From the human T2T-CHM13v2.0 reference genome, Homo sapiens, in NCBI RefSeq assembly GCF_009914755.1, contig NC_060930.1: DNA of 64,000 nucleotides; one strand, given 5' to 3'. The first letter of the stretch is position 1, and every line of letters begins with the position of its first letter. The position numbers and the translations under genes are program-made. Positions 11,401 through 23,408 of the stretch are shown here, piece by piece. The notes beneath the pieces were generated by a model. That model searched no databases, had not been told where the DNA came from, and worked only from the letters and a program-made list of their open reading frames with translations.

Positions 11401-12964
11401 GACATAAATAAATCTATATGATTAGCCAAGATAGAGAAGGAGGTCATGAAATAAATGGAAGTCAGAATGTCTGTTGTCAGAGAACAACTTAACATGAGTA
11501 GGGATTCTGTTAGAGAGGACCAATTTCTGTAATAACTTCTGGAGTTTGAGTGTTTTCTTATTTCTCTACAGTGAATACTTTGTTTGTCCACTGCACTCCA
11601 TCCCTTCCTGAAGGAAGAGGAGAAAATTGGACATTGAGACACATGAAAGAACAAGACTCTTGAGACAGAAGTAACAAAAAGAGTAGACACTTCATGCCCC
11701 CAAAAAGCAGTGGGGGTTGAGAATTTGGCAACACCTATGTGTGGAATGTGTGGATATGAGAATAACATTGTGATAGTATAAATAATTCCAGAAAATTAGA
11801 AGGTGATTAAGAAAAGTGTATAGGAAGTGGGCTGTGGATAATAACAAAATTGGGAGTGAAGAGGAGTCAAGTGGTATGGACAGAACATAAGACAGAGTGA
11901 TGGAAAATAGAAAAGAACAGGTAGGTAGGGATAGTGAGATTGCACACAGTCTGAGCAGAGGTGCTGCTAAGCATCAAGAAACTCTAATTATATCAAAGAG
12001 TCCCCCACATCCCTACTCCCATTCTTGAGGATTCCTGGAGAACACAAGGAATTGGTGAGAATTGAGTATCTGACACTTGGATGCTGCGTGTCTCAAAGCT
12101 ATCAGCAGAGGGCACACTGGAAAGACTTTTACATGGAGCTCACAAACTGGTGGGGCTAAAGGACAGTTCAGAAAAATCTGACTATGATTTCAGGGATTTT
12201 CTGAAATATTTCGGAATAAGTTGTTGTGAAAAACAGTGAGATTCCTTCTCACCAAGCTGATGGAGAGATTATAGCATGCAGTGTATAATTTAATTTCATT
12301 TGGAGGGAGGAAGAAAAGGATATCCACTAAGTGGATAGATAAGAGGTTAATGGGAAGGTGTGGATGTGTGGATGAATGGAGGATAGATAAATACCCAGAA
12401 GATGGTCACATCAACATATTGATGATGATGTATGATATAGCTGGAGAGGGAGAAAGAAAAAGAAAGAGAAAGAGAGGAACTACTATATCACAGATGAAGA
12501 AAGATTTTTGTGTTTTTAAATTTCCACTCCTCCTGTGTTGTTGAGTCTGCATTATTTGTAGTATTTTTAGGTAAGAGAAAGGAAAGTACAATCATTATGG
12601 GTTAAGAGAAAGAAGAGTATAATTTCAAAAGCAAATTTAGGCCATGAGAAGAGAATGGAGTATAACTTGGTAGGTATAAATGTCTATGTTTTGGAGATGG
12701 TGTGTGTGTTTGAGTGTGTTTTCAGATACATGCATATGACTTGCTGCTTTTTGAATTGTGCTATTCTATTTTTCTTCACCATTCAGATTTCTCAGCCTTA
12801 AAGACTTGCTCATATGTCTGAGTCGCTAGATTCTATTTTTGACAGTATAAAAAGGACTTTTCTCACCAAGGTATTTAACAAAGGGAGAAAATCATTCAAC
12901 TCTGGTTTCATTTGCACATTTGTACAACTTTTTCTCACCACCATCCACGGAGGCACCAGTTATA

Positions 12965-13900
12965 TATTTTTTGATGTTTAAATTTTTTGTGGGTACATAG
13001 CAGGTGTATATATTTATGGGGTAGATGAGATGTTTTGATACAGACATGAAATGCAAAAAAAGTACATTATGGAGAATGGGGTATCCATCCCCTTAAACAT
13101 TTATCCTTTGAATTACAAACAATCCAAGTACACTATTTATGGTATTATAAAATTTATAATTAAGTTATCACTGACTATAGTCACCCCATTGTGCTATCAA
13201 ATAGTAGGTCTTTTTCTTTCTTACTATTTTTGATACCTATTAACCATCCCCTCCTCCCCACTGGCTCCCTACTACCTTTCCCACCTTCTGGCAACCATTC
13301 TTCTACTCTCTATATTCTTATGTTCAATTGTTTGATTTTTAGATACCAAAAATAGTAAAAAGAGGCAATGTTTGTCTTTCTGTGCCTGGCTTATTTCACT
13401 TAACATAATGACCTCCAGTTCTATATGTTGTTGCAAATGACTAGATCTCGTTCTTTTTTATGGCTGAATAGTACTCCATAGTGAATATACACCAGTTTCT
13501 TTATCCATTCATTTGTTGATGGATGCTTAGGTTGCTTCCAAATCTTAGCTATTGTAAACAGTGCTGCAACAAACATAAGAGTTCAGATATTGCTTTGATA
13601 TACTGATTTCTTTTCTTTTGGGTATATGCCCCACAGTGAGATTGCTGGATCATATTATAGCACAATTCTTAGTTTTTGAGGAAACTCCAAACTGTTATCC
13701 ATAGCGGTTGTACTAATTTACGTTCCCAGCAACAGTGTACAAGGGTTGCCTTTTCTCTACATCTTCACTGCATTTGTTATTGTCTGCCTTTGGATATAAG
13801 CCATTTAACTTTGTGAAATGATATCTCATTGTATTTTTCATTTGCATTTCTCTGATGATCAATGATGTTGAGCACCTATTTATATGCCTGTTTTCCATTG
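12965..13900 (-). mobile_element. 5'-truncated L1MA1-3 (L1MA2-like) 3' end
   Basis: 'gtgggtacatagcaggtgtatatatttatgggg...gagaatggggtatccatcccc' 3' UTR. ORF2 C-terminal frame at 13713-13898 ([19 protein letters not shown]). Confidence 0.88.
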
Positions 13901-15825
13901 GTGTTAGGCCACGATGTGCAAAATAAAAATACCGACTAAGTTAATTCTTTACATTCTCATTATACCTACAATCACTAGCTTTTTGTTAACACTTCTGTCA
14001 CTTTAGAATCCTAAGGAATTAAAAGGGCTAAAATCCGAAAAAAAGTCTCAGAAATTTGAAGAGGGGTAAAATTTTTGTAAATAAAGTAAAAAAAGATATT
14101 TTAACTAATAATTAAAATAACTTGCAAGTTATTTTGTTTTTCTTTTCTAAAAAAGTCATTTAATTGGGGAGTCCAAGGGTTAAGCATTAAAATACTTGTT
14201 CTTAGGCATCAGAAGTGATCTGCCATGGCTCTAACTACAGCAGAACAAGAATCTAGATTTTCCTGGACTGCCCCTCATTCAAGATTAAGGCCCCATTAAT
14301 CTAAATTCACTGGAAAGGACATTGAGAACCCTCTTGAAAAGAGTGAGATACTGTCTTCAAGTTGAGACTAATGAGAAACAATATATATTTACAGAAGCTT
14401 GAGTTTCTAACACAGTTGCTATTGATTATAAAGAGTTAGAGCAAGAAGATATTCTGTTCCAAAGTTCTTAACAAACAGAATTGAAAAGTTAGAAACCTCT
14501 CCTGGATCCTGAATTTATAATGTATCAAGTGCTGACATCATGTTAAAAAGCAGAAAGTAAGAGAAGTGGGTGTTCATTTTACATGGTGAAAAAGCAGTAA
14601 ATCATAATGTTTGCAGTTTCTGGGGCTTCATTTCAGTGGTTACTTAGTGAGTTAAACATGCTTTCACATGACAGAGGGCAGCAGGCATTCAAACCTCATA
14701 ATGTTTCCTATTTTGAGGAGTTGCATTACGAGTTCATTTCATGTTGATTCCATGAGGTACTTAGCAGTTTGAATTTGTGAAACGTTAACTTGTCTAAGGC
14801 CTTAGGCAACTGAAAACTGTAGCTCTAAAGAAACAGTGGCTTTATTTTCTACATAATACTAGATAGCTGATGGGCAAGTGGAATTTTTGTCTCTATGATG
14901 TAAAACGTGTATTAAACTTCTGTGTTTTTTTTCCAAAATTTTTCCTCAAAGTAAGAAAACCAGGTAAAACTCAAACTTAATATTAACTAGCTTGATTTGA
15001 TTCACTTTATTAAATAACTGAAGGTCCAAAGAGCAATTAGAAGTTATTATAGAAAAATGTCTATAGTTGCTGTTTTCATTTCATTTTGCCATTTATATAA
15101 ATATCGTGAAAAATTCAGGGGCAAGATTTTTAGACTAGAATTTTTGTTGAAGCTATGCATTGTAAAATTAAAACAGAATCAGAGCTGGAGGGAAGCTTGG
15201 ACACATTCACGAGCCCCCTTCCCTGTCTTTAAAAGGCATGTTTCTAAGTGCTCAGTAGGGAGTAGAGGGGAGCATAAGCAAGAAGATAAGGATATTTGGA
15301 CCACATCAATGATCCATTCAATTCAGCGACACAATTCTCATAATGTAATTATAAACACAAATGTTAGTTCTTCTGCTGAATAAGAAGGTGGGAAGAAGAG
15401 AGAGCAATGATTTATCATGTAACAAGAATGTTCAAGGTATACTACTGAGAGATTTTTCAGATCATATGCCAAAAAGATGTGATTATTTCTTTAAAAAGAG
15501 GCTAAAATGCATTTTTCTCTTATTAAAGTGGGTATTTTGAATGCCATTTGTGGACAACAATAAAGAACTAGTAATAAGAGCATGGAAATTGGTCCAGACA
15601 TCCAAATTAATGGGGAACAGAAAGCCACAATGTTAAACACCAAATGTGATTTTCAAGTAAAACATGCAACCAAAATTGGACAGAACACATTCTCAAAAAT
15701 TAAAAAGTTGAATGGATATCAATTAAGTGACTTTTCAGCAAAAATTAACCATAAATACCACAAAATGATTCAGTGGTAAATCAATCCAAAATCATGTGGG
15801 TCAAATTGCATAAGAAAATTGGCGA

Positions 15826-15911
15826 AACCTATGAGAAGAAAAATCCAGAACTGTGAATTTTTTTGCATGCAGATAGGCAGAACCTATGAGAAGAAAAATC
15901 TAGAACTGTGA
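15826..15911 (+). repeat. 31-bp direct repeat, 55-bp period
   Basis: aacctatgagaagaaaaatc(c/t)agaactgtga at 15826-15856 and 15881-15911. Confidence 0.9.
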
Positions 15912-16157
15912 GCTGTGCCCTGAGCCACACTGACCTATGGTTGTTATCAGCTCATCCACAGAGAACATAAAAATTAAAGCACTAGAAAATAGGGTTAAGA
16001 ACTGGACCCCGACTCTCCATAGTGTTCAGGCTACCTGAATCATCCTTCCTTAGTGGAAGCCCTGGCACTGATCTTTCAGCAACAGGCTGCACAATCTGAG
16101 TTCAGGACTTGATGACATGACTGCAATTCCTGTTGCATGTCAAAGTGTCTTCACTTC

Positions 16158-16487
16158 TGTATTAGTCTGTTCTCACATTGCTATAAAGAACTACGTGGGA
16201 CTGTGTAATTTACAAAGAAAAGAAGTTTAATTGACTCACCGTTCTGCAGACTGTACAAGAAGCATGACTGGGGAGGCTTCAGAAAAGTTACAATCATGGC
16301 AGAAGGAGCAGGAGAGAGAAAGCGAAGTGCTACACACTTTTATACGAGAATTCACTCTCTATCGGAGAACAGCAAGGGGGAGGTCCGCCCCCATGATCCA
16401 ATCACTTCCCACCAGGCCCCTCCTCCAACATTAAGGATTGCAATTTGACATGAGATTTGACTGGGGACACAGAGCCAAACTGTATCA
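16158..16487 (-). mobile_element. THE1D/MSTA-type MaLR solo LTR
   Basis: tgtattagtctgttctcacattgctataaag...gagccaaactgtatca. CTTCT flanks at 16154-16158 and 16488-16492. Confidence 0.88.
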
Positions 16488-16760
16488 CTTCTTTGAGGTT
16501 AATCAGACAAAAATTGTTGATGAAATAGAGATTTCTCCTCAACACTTGCTTAATCTTTGTCAAGATACAATATGTACCTTATGTTTTACAGACATGTAGA
16601 ATAATTTACAAATTTCAAGGAACCATTTTTAAACAGCTTTCTCAAGCAGCTTAGCTCCTTAGTCTTCTCTCAAGTTCACCCATGATTCCTCTGAACATAA
16701 TTTTGTTATTAAATTTATATCTGCGTAACAGTCACTCTAATTTAATGGCTAATACCCAAG

Positions 16761-16858
16761 AATAATCTGATATAATTGAATAGGCAAACAGAGAATCATA
16801 TTTATAACATAATAATCTGATATAATTGAATAGGCATACACATGATATTTATAACATA
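16761..16858 (+). repeat. ~50-bp tandem duplication
   Basis: aataatctgatataattgaataggca...atatttataacat starting at 16761 and 16811. Confidence 0.9.
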
Positions 16859-18717
16859 AATACAATTTTGAAATCCAGTTAATCATCTTGAAATACTTAG
16901 AACTTGAGCCTAGTGAACTGCTACTAACTACATTGTTCACAGCAAGACAATCTATACACATTCTAATTTTCCTCCTTTTCTGTTTTCTTTCTTTTGTGCT
17001 TCAAGGATGCACAGAACTTTAAGTCTCAGATAAATTCTATTAGAATCCTTCATCATGGTCCCCAATGTGCTTGACCTTTAACCTAACTATTCATATAGCA
17101 CACCATAAAGGCTTCTAGCCTTCTGCTTCATTTGAGGGAGAACAAATTACATTTAGCTTGAGACTTTTCTTTTAAGCCCTGCTTGTGTTCTTTATGTTTT
17201 GGAAAAAAGCCGAAGTTGGTGCTAAGTTAAGATTAGTTTCCACGGCCTTCTAGCAGAAGTGAGTCAGAATATTCCAGCTTGTTCATGATGGTATGCACCA
17301 GAAAGGCAAGTATAGTAAGAGTTGTTACTCTGCAGCTGGTAAGTATTAATAGCAGCTTAACATATCCAAGAGGTTGGGGTGAGTTACAATAAACACACCT
17401 ATTCTAAATAGACCTTTATTCTACCTCCCATGTTGATTTTATAATCAACACAATGCTGTCTGCACTCAAGCAGCTGAGATGTAATCCTTGTTAGACTGCT
17501 CAGAGAATGGCTGAAGATAAACATGAGGTCATCACTATCCACCCTGACCTGATTTGGCTCTCTCTACCAGCGTTTACCCCTTTGTCTTCAGGATGCCCAT
17601 GTAGAGAAAAGTGCCTGGGGCATGAGATAACAGGACCACTTGCCAACCCAGAATTTACCAAAATTGTTTATCCTGTATCTGATCTCTCTCTTTCTCTTTG
17701 TTCCCATCCTATAATTTCTTCAGTCCTATTTTTTTTTTTTATTATTTTGTCTTAAGTCCCTCTTTCTCTTTTGCCTAACTTCCAACAGGAGTCATCACTC
17801 CCTCTCTGTCTATTAGTTATTCTGCAAAAATTCTCTGTAGATTCTCTGGGACGGGCAAGAGGAGAGAGGAAGGACTCCGTTTGATCTAATCTCAGGGTGT
17901 AGTATGTAAAAACAAGTCAAAATATTCATATTGTAGAAAGCTATCCTCTCTCCAGCCTCCCTTCTGAATGTTATTACAGTAAAAGAACATCTATCTACTT
18001 TCCTGTGTTAAATATGTTATAAAATGCCCACTATCTTTGGTAGAAAACAGGCACAGATAAGGGTAGATAAGAAAAGAAAACCTTAATTTCTCTGATGTGA
18101 TATTTTAAATTAAGCCTTTATAATTTATCATGATTTAAATATTTAATTTCTTTCTATGTTAACCTCATATTAGTATGGCTATAAAATGCTATTATTATTA
18201 TATCAAAGTATTTTAATACTTCTTTCAAAGAAGCTTACCAAAACAGAAGCCCAATAGATATACTCTTTCTATATTCTTCAAAATGCAAGTCATAGTGATG
18301 AGTCAGCCTGCTTCTGTTTCTTTCTACTGACCAATGTTACTGCTAATCTTCCAATTTTGATGGGGATGTAGGGGGAGTGGTTTTACTCCGCTATTGTGTC
18401 CATTGTTATTTGTGGCAATTGTCAAATTCAATTCATAAATTATTATGTTTCTTTATTTCTGAACAAATGAGTCATCAAATATCTTCCTGGTGACTCTCAT
18501 AAGGTATATTTCTTACTGTAATTCGTGCAGTGTGATGATCAAGAGCCAGTAAGATGCACATTAGATAATTTCAAGATTCTCTATAGAGACTAGTCATTGG
18601 GAAGCCAAAGAAAGATAAGGAGGAAGTATCTCCAGTTATACATAAAAATATATTTTCTATTATGCTTCTTTTCCATTTATAAAAAAGTATCTTATTCAGT
18701 TTATTCAATGAGACAAT

Positions 18718-18915
18718 CAGAGAGAAAGACAGGGAAACAGAACAGAAAAGGGAGAGTGAGGGAAATGATAAAAAAAAAAGTAGCCTGATGAATAAAAGAA
18801 AGAATGGTGGGAAAGAGATAGGAAAGAATGAAGAAAGAGAACAAGAGGGAAGGAAGGGAGGAAGGCAAAGAAGGAGGAAGGATGAAAAGAAGGGAGGAAG
18901 ATGGGAGAAAGGGAG
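18718..18915. repeat. Purine-rich (GA/GAA/GGAA) low-complexity tract
   Basis: Almost exclusively A and G on the + strand. Confidence 0.8.
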
Positions 18916-20246
18916 TGAGGTTTTTCTTTCATTTGGGAAACATTTCAGTGGCTCTTCCTTGCCTTAAATGATGAAGAGATTCTCTCCACTTAACCCACCT
19001 CTACCTGTCTCTCTGCCTCCTGTGCACACCCTTTCTTCACCCTCACACTCAGTTCCCATTGGCTATTGAACATTCTCTGCTCTCTTTTGCTCCCAAACAT
19101 TTGCATATGCTGTTTTCTTAAGTTGCCTTTCCACCAACTTTATTATCTTTGCTCGTTTGTTCCTGGCCTTGGCACTAAGTTTCTTTTTCATATTTATACT
19201 AAAGACGTATTTTAATAGATGTATTTATATAGAAACAGCAGTATCCTCACACATCACCAAGATTATGGCCAGGAGTCTTTCTTATTATTTATCTAAAGTC
19301 ATTTTTTAAGATAAAAAAATACTATCTTCTTTCATAATTTGAAAGGAATTGTTAAAAAGTGCACATATTAACTCAAAGAGTATAAATTTTACCATGTTAT
19401 TTCAATCAAATAAACAATTTTCAGATTTGACTGCTCATCTTTCTGCAGGGGAAACAAAAATATTAAAGGGATATGAATTCATTGCCAAAAAATCTTAAAA
19501 AAAAAACAATCAACCCATATGTTCTCTTTAGAAATAAAGATGAGAGGTTAATTCTAAGTATTAATAGAAAACTTTAAGGACACACAGCAGAAGGAGACTA
19601 CCACAAATGATGGCAGCTGTCAATTAGTCTAAATGGAAAGAAGAGGTGAATGCCTATAAGGTCTCAAAAAGGGAAAGCATGGGGAACAGACCAATGGGGA
19701 TGTGGTGGAGTGGGAACTGGCCCTCAGGCAAAATTACTCATCCTCATTGCAGCTCCTCTCCTTGGAAATGCTTTCCCATTGTGGCCAATTTTTTTCAATT
19801 TATATGCATAGATTTTTCTGTCACTGTAACAATCAGAAATCTGAGACAAAAGATATATTGGGAAATGATGTATTGAGTTTCCATAACCCAATGTCATTTA
19901 ACATTCAATGAAGTTGAAAATCTCCTTTTATTCTGATTCCTTAGCCTCCAAACTGTCTTCTAATTATAGTTTAGCTTTCAGTGTAGTACTAAGTACAGGT
20001 AGAAAGAAGATAGGCTGACTACCCAAACACAAGCATTCACACTTGCATTACTCTTTTATGTCATTGATATTTTGAACATGTCTCAATCTAATGATCTGAA
20101 TTGTGAGAGTCCAAATGTAAGATACTCACTTTGCTACAAAGTTGACTTTGGTCTGTAGCAAATTTACAAAGTTACCTGCCCAGTGAAGTCTCCGCAGACA
20201 GCCAAGGGACTTTACCCAGTGACATCACTGCATAAACTAGGTACAG

Positions 20247-20276
20247 TTATTATTATTGTTGTTGTTGTTGTTGTTA
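20247..20276. repeat. (TTA)n(TTG)n microsatellite
   Basis: ttattattattgttgttgttgttgttgtta. Confidence 0.85.
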
Positions 20277-20914
20277 TCAATGCCTATAGAAGTTGTTTAT
20301 ACATATTTTAGGGTGAATTGTAAACATGACTGCTACACTGTCAACAAATTGGGAGAAGTTAGATACACTAAGACAATGAGATATTTGGTCATGTATATGA
20401 AACCGAGAATGAAATAAGAGATGAAGCCCAGAATGCCTGAGAACCAGGAAGTTCTGATAAATTACTAGGGTGAGGAGTATGTGTGTGGGAACTTACTGTA
20501 GCATGATGAAATGGGTTATTCAGGATGAGAGGTAACAAACATAAAATAAAAATGTGAAAAAGTGGAACAGTTTCAAAGATAATGTCAGCTAATTCAAAAT
20601 GGTGCCTAAGAATAACATTTACCCTAAGAAATAAATGAGTTATTTTTCCATATTTGCCATTCTTTCTTCCACTTTTATTCCTTCCTTTTTTTTGTCACAT
20701 GACTTTATCTTTCCAGAAGTAAATATTCTGCCTTTCGCCTTTAATACTTTACTTTTTTAGGCACATTGGAGAGTTTCAACACGGTTACCAAAGAACACTT
20801 GTAATTCCAGAAACACCTCCAAATCAATCTTGTAATGTTAAAACAGAACTAATTGTCTTATGCAACTACCCACTACTACCATGACCTTTTGTCAGGTTGT
20901 TCATAATTTTAATC

Positions 20915-21115
20915 AATGGATCATTTCCCATCCAGTAGTCCAAGGTAGACAACTGAGGTTCGTCGTTTTATCTTTCCTCTCCCTCCAGCTCTCAGGCAAT
21001 AGTTTCTCAAGATTTTTTGTCTCTCATTCTTAATCACCTCTTATATATTCCTCTCTTATCCAGTCACACTGTCCCTACCTTGGAACAAGCTTTCATTATC
21101 TCTTGTCTAGAGTAT
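20915..21115 (+). mobile_element. L2 fragment
   Basis: 'catccagtagtccaaggtagacaactgagg...caagctttcattatctcttgtctagagtatt' is L2-like. Confidence 0.5.
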
Positions 21116-21219
21116 TTGAGTAAGAAGTCAATTGAGTCTAACTGCTCAAGGAGATTCATTTTAATGCAAGATGCAAAGAAGACACAAATGCAACGAATAA
21201 ATAAAAAATTGATCTCTGG

Positions 21220-21450
21220 TTTTATTTATTTATTAATTCATTTAACAAATGAATATGAGTGCCTACTCTCCATAGATATGGTGCTGGGCAATGGGGATAT
21301 ATCAGTGACCAAAATAGATTATTTCTCTGCCCTTGGGGAGTTGAAATCTTACTTGAAAGAGATATATGATAAACAAACAAACAAAAAAATATAATGCTTA
21401 CAGAATGTGGTAAGGGCTAATTAGGAAATAATATGATGTCACAGTTAAAA
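21220..21450 (-). mobile_element. L2 3' end
   Basis: 'attcatttaacaaatgaatatgagtgcctact...tggtgctgggcaatggggatat...ctgcccttggggagtt'. Confidence 0.7.
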
Positions 21451-21480
21451 GTGGGGATGAGGACAAAAGATAAAGACAAG

Positions 21481-23408
21481 GGACAAAGATCCTTTCCTTG
21501 ACCGAACTCTACTCTTACTCCCCTGAACTTTTTCAAGGCCTGAGTTTTGGACTTCCATGTTTACCTCTGTATTGTCCAACTGTAGCAGGAATCCTGCTAA
21601 GTCAGTTTACCAGAACCTCTCACCCTTGCTATCTAGTCACCCTCCATGTCTAATTTGGTTCCTCATCCTCCACCATCTTCCAGGCGATGTCTGTTTACCC
21701 TGCCCTGTCTTCAGCAAAAAATCTGCTAAGTCAGTTTTGCTAGAATTCTCTCTTAACTATGATGTTTCCTCTTAATTATTTTTCATCTACTGACCCACAC
21801 CCTGCTCTTTGGCTATAAATTTCGCCTAATCCATGCAGTATTTGAAATTGAGTCCAATCTCTCTCTCTCTCTCTTTTTTTTATTATAGCTGTGCATGCAG
21901 GTTTGTTACATAGGTATACATGTGCCATGTTGGTGTGCTGCACCCGTTAACTCTTCATTTACATTAGGTATATCTCCTAATGCTATCCCTCCCCCTTCCC
22001 TCCACCCCATGACAGGCCCCAGTGTGTGATGTTCCCCACCCTGTGTCCAAGTGTTCTCATTGTTCGATTCCCACCTATGAGTGAAAACATGCAGTGTTTG
22101 GTTTTCTGTCTTTCAATAGTTTGCTCAGAATGATGGTTTCCAGCTTCATCCATGTCCCTACAAAAGACATGAACTCATCTTTTTATGGCTGCATAGTATT
22201 CCATGGTGTATATGTGCCACATTTTCTTAATCCAGTCTATAATTGATGGACATTTGGGTTGGTTCCAAGTCTTTGCTATTGTGAATAGTGCTGCAATAAA
22301 CATGTGTGCATGTGTCTTTATAGCAGGATGATTTATAATCCTTAGTGTATATGCCCAGTAATGGAATGGCTGGGTCAAATGGTATTTCTAGTTCTAGATC
22401 CTTGAGGAATCGCCACACTGTCTTCCACAGTGGTTGAACTAGTTTACAGTCCTACCAACAGTGTAAAAGCATTCCTATTTCTCCACATCCTCTCAAGCAC
22501 CTGTTTTTTCCTGACTTTTTAATGATCACCATTCTAACTGGTGTGAGATGGTATCTCATTGTGGTTTTGATTTGCATTTCTCTGATGGCCAGTGAGGACT
22601 TTTTTTCATGTGTCTGTTGGCTGCATAAATGTCTTCTTTTGAGAAGTGTCTGTTCACATCCTTTGCCCAATTTTTGATGGGGTTGTTTGATTTTTTCTTG
22701 TAAATTTGTTTAAGTTGTTTGTAGATTCTGGATATTAGCCCCTTGTCAGATGGGTAGATTGTAAAAATTTTTGCCCATTCTGTATGTTTCCTGTTCACTC
22801 TGATGGTAGTTTCTTCTGCTGTGCAGAAGCTCTTTAGTTTAATTAGATCCCATTTGTCAATTTTGGCTTTTCTTGCCATTGCTTTTGGTGTTTTAGTCAT
22901 GAAGTCCTTGCCCATGCCTATGGCCAAAAAAGAGCCTGCATTGCCAAGACAATCCTAAGCTGAAAGAAGAAAGCTGGAGGCATCACACTACCTGACTTCA
23001 AACTATACTACAAGGCTATAGTAACCAAAACAGCATGGTGCTGGTACCAAAAGAGAGATATAGACCAATGGAACAGAATAGAGCCCTCGGAAATAATACC
23101 ACACATCTACAACCATCTGATCTTTGACAAATCTGACAAAAACAAGAAATGGGGAAAGAGTTCCCTATTTAATAAATGGTGCTTGGAAAACTGGCTAGCC
23201 ATATGTAGAAAGCTGAAACTGGATCCCTTCCTTACACCTTATACAAAACTTAATTCAAGATGGATTAAAGACTTAAATGTGAGACCTAAAACAGTCTCTC
23301 TCTCTTACTGCAAAATCCCCTTGCAGTGATCCCTATACCTATACCACCCTTTGAATGAAGTCTTCCTTGTTGTCTTAACAAATGTCATGAATTTTTTTTT
23401 CTTTAATA
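21481..23408 (+). mobile_element. MER31(B)-type ERV1 solo LTR interrupted by L1PA
   Basis: 'gacaaagat...ttgaccgaactct...aggaatcctgctaagtcagttta...ggctataaatt'. Resumes at 23293 to 'ctttaata'. Confidence 0.8.
21875..23292 (-). mobile_element. 5'-inverted L1PA4-6 insertion (twin priming)
   Basis: Poly-T and 3' UTR/ORF2 antisense from 21875 to 22922, then sense ORF2 from 22923 to 23292. TSD ca(a/g)tctctctctctt. Confidence 0.92.

Noticed and set aside
12765-12876. Possible 84-nt exon (cattcag|...caag|gtattt)
   Set aside because: All three frames contain stop codons and the donor is weak.
15826-16858. Repeat-spacer-repeat patterns resembling CRISPR
   Set aside because: Each has only two units, the context is eukaryotic and there are no cas genes. 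They are local duplications.
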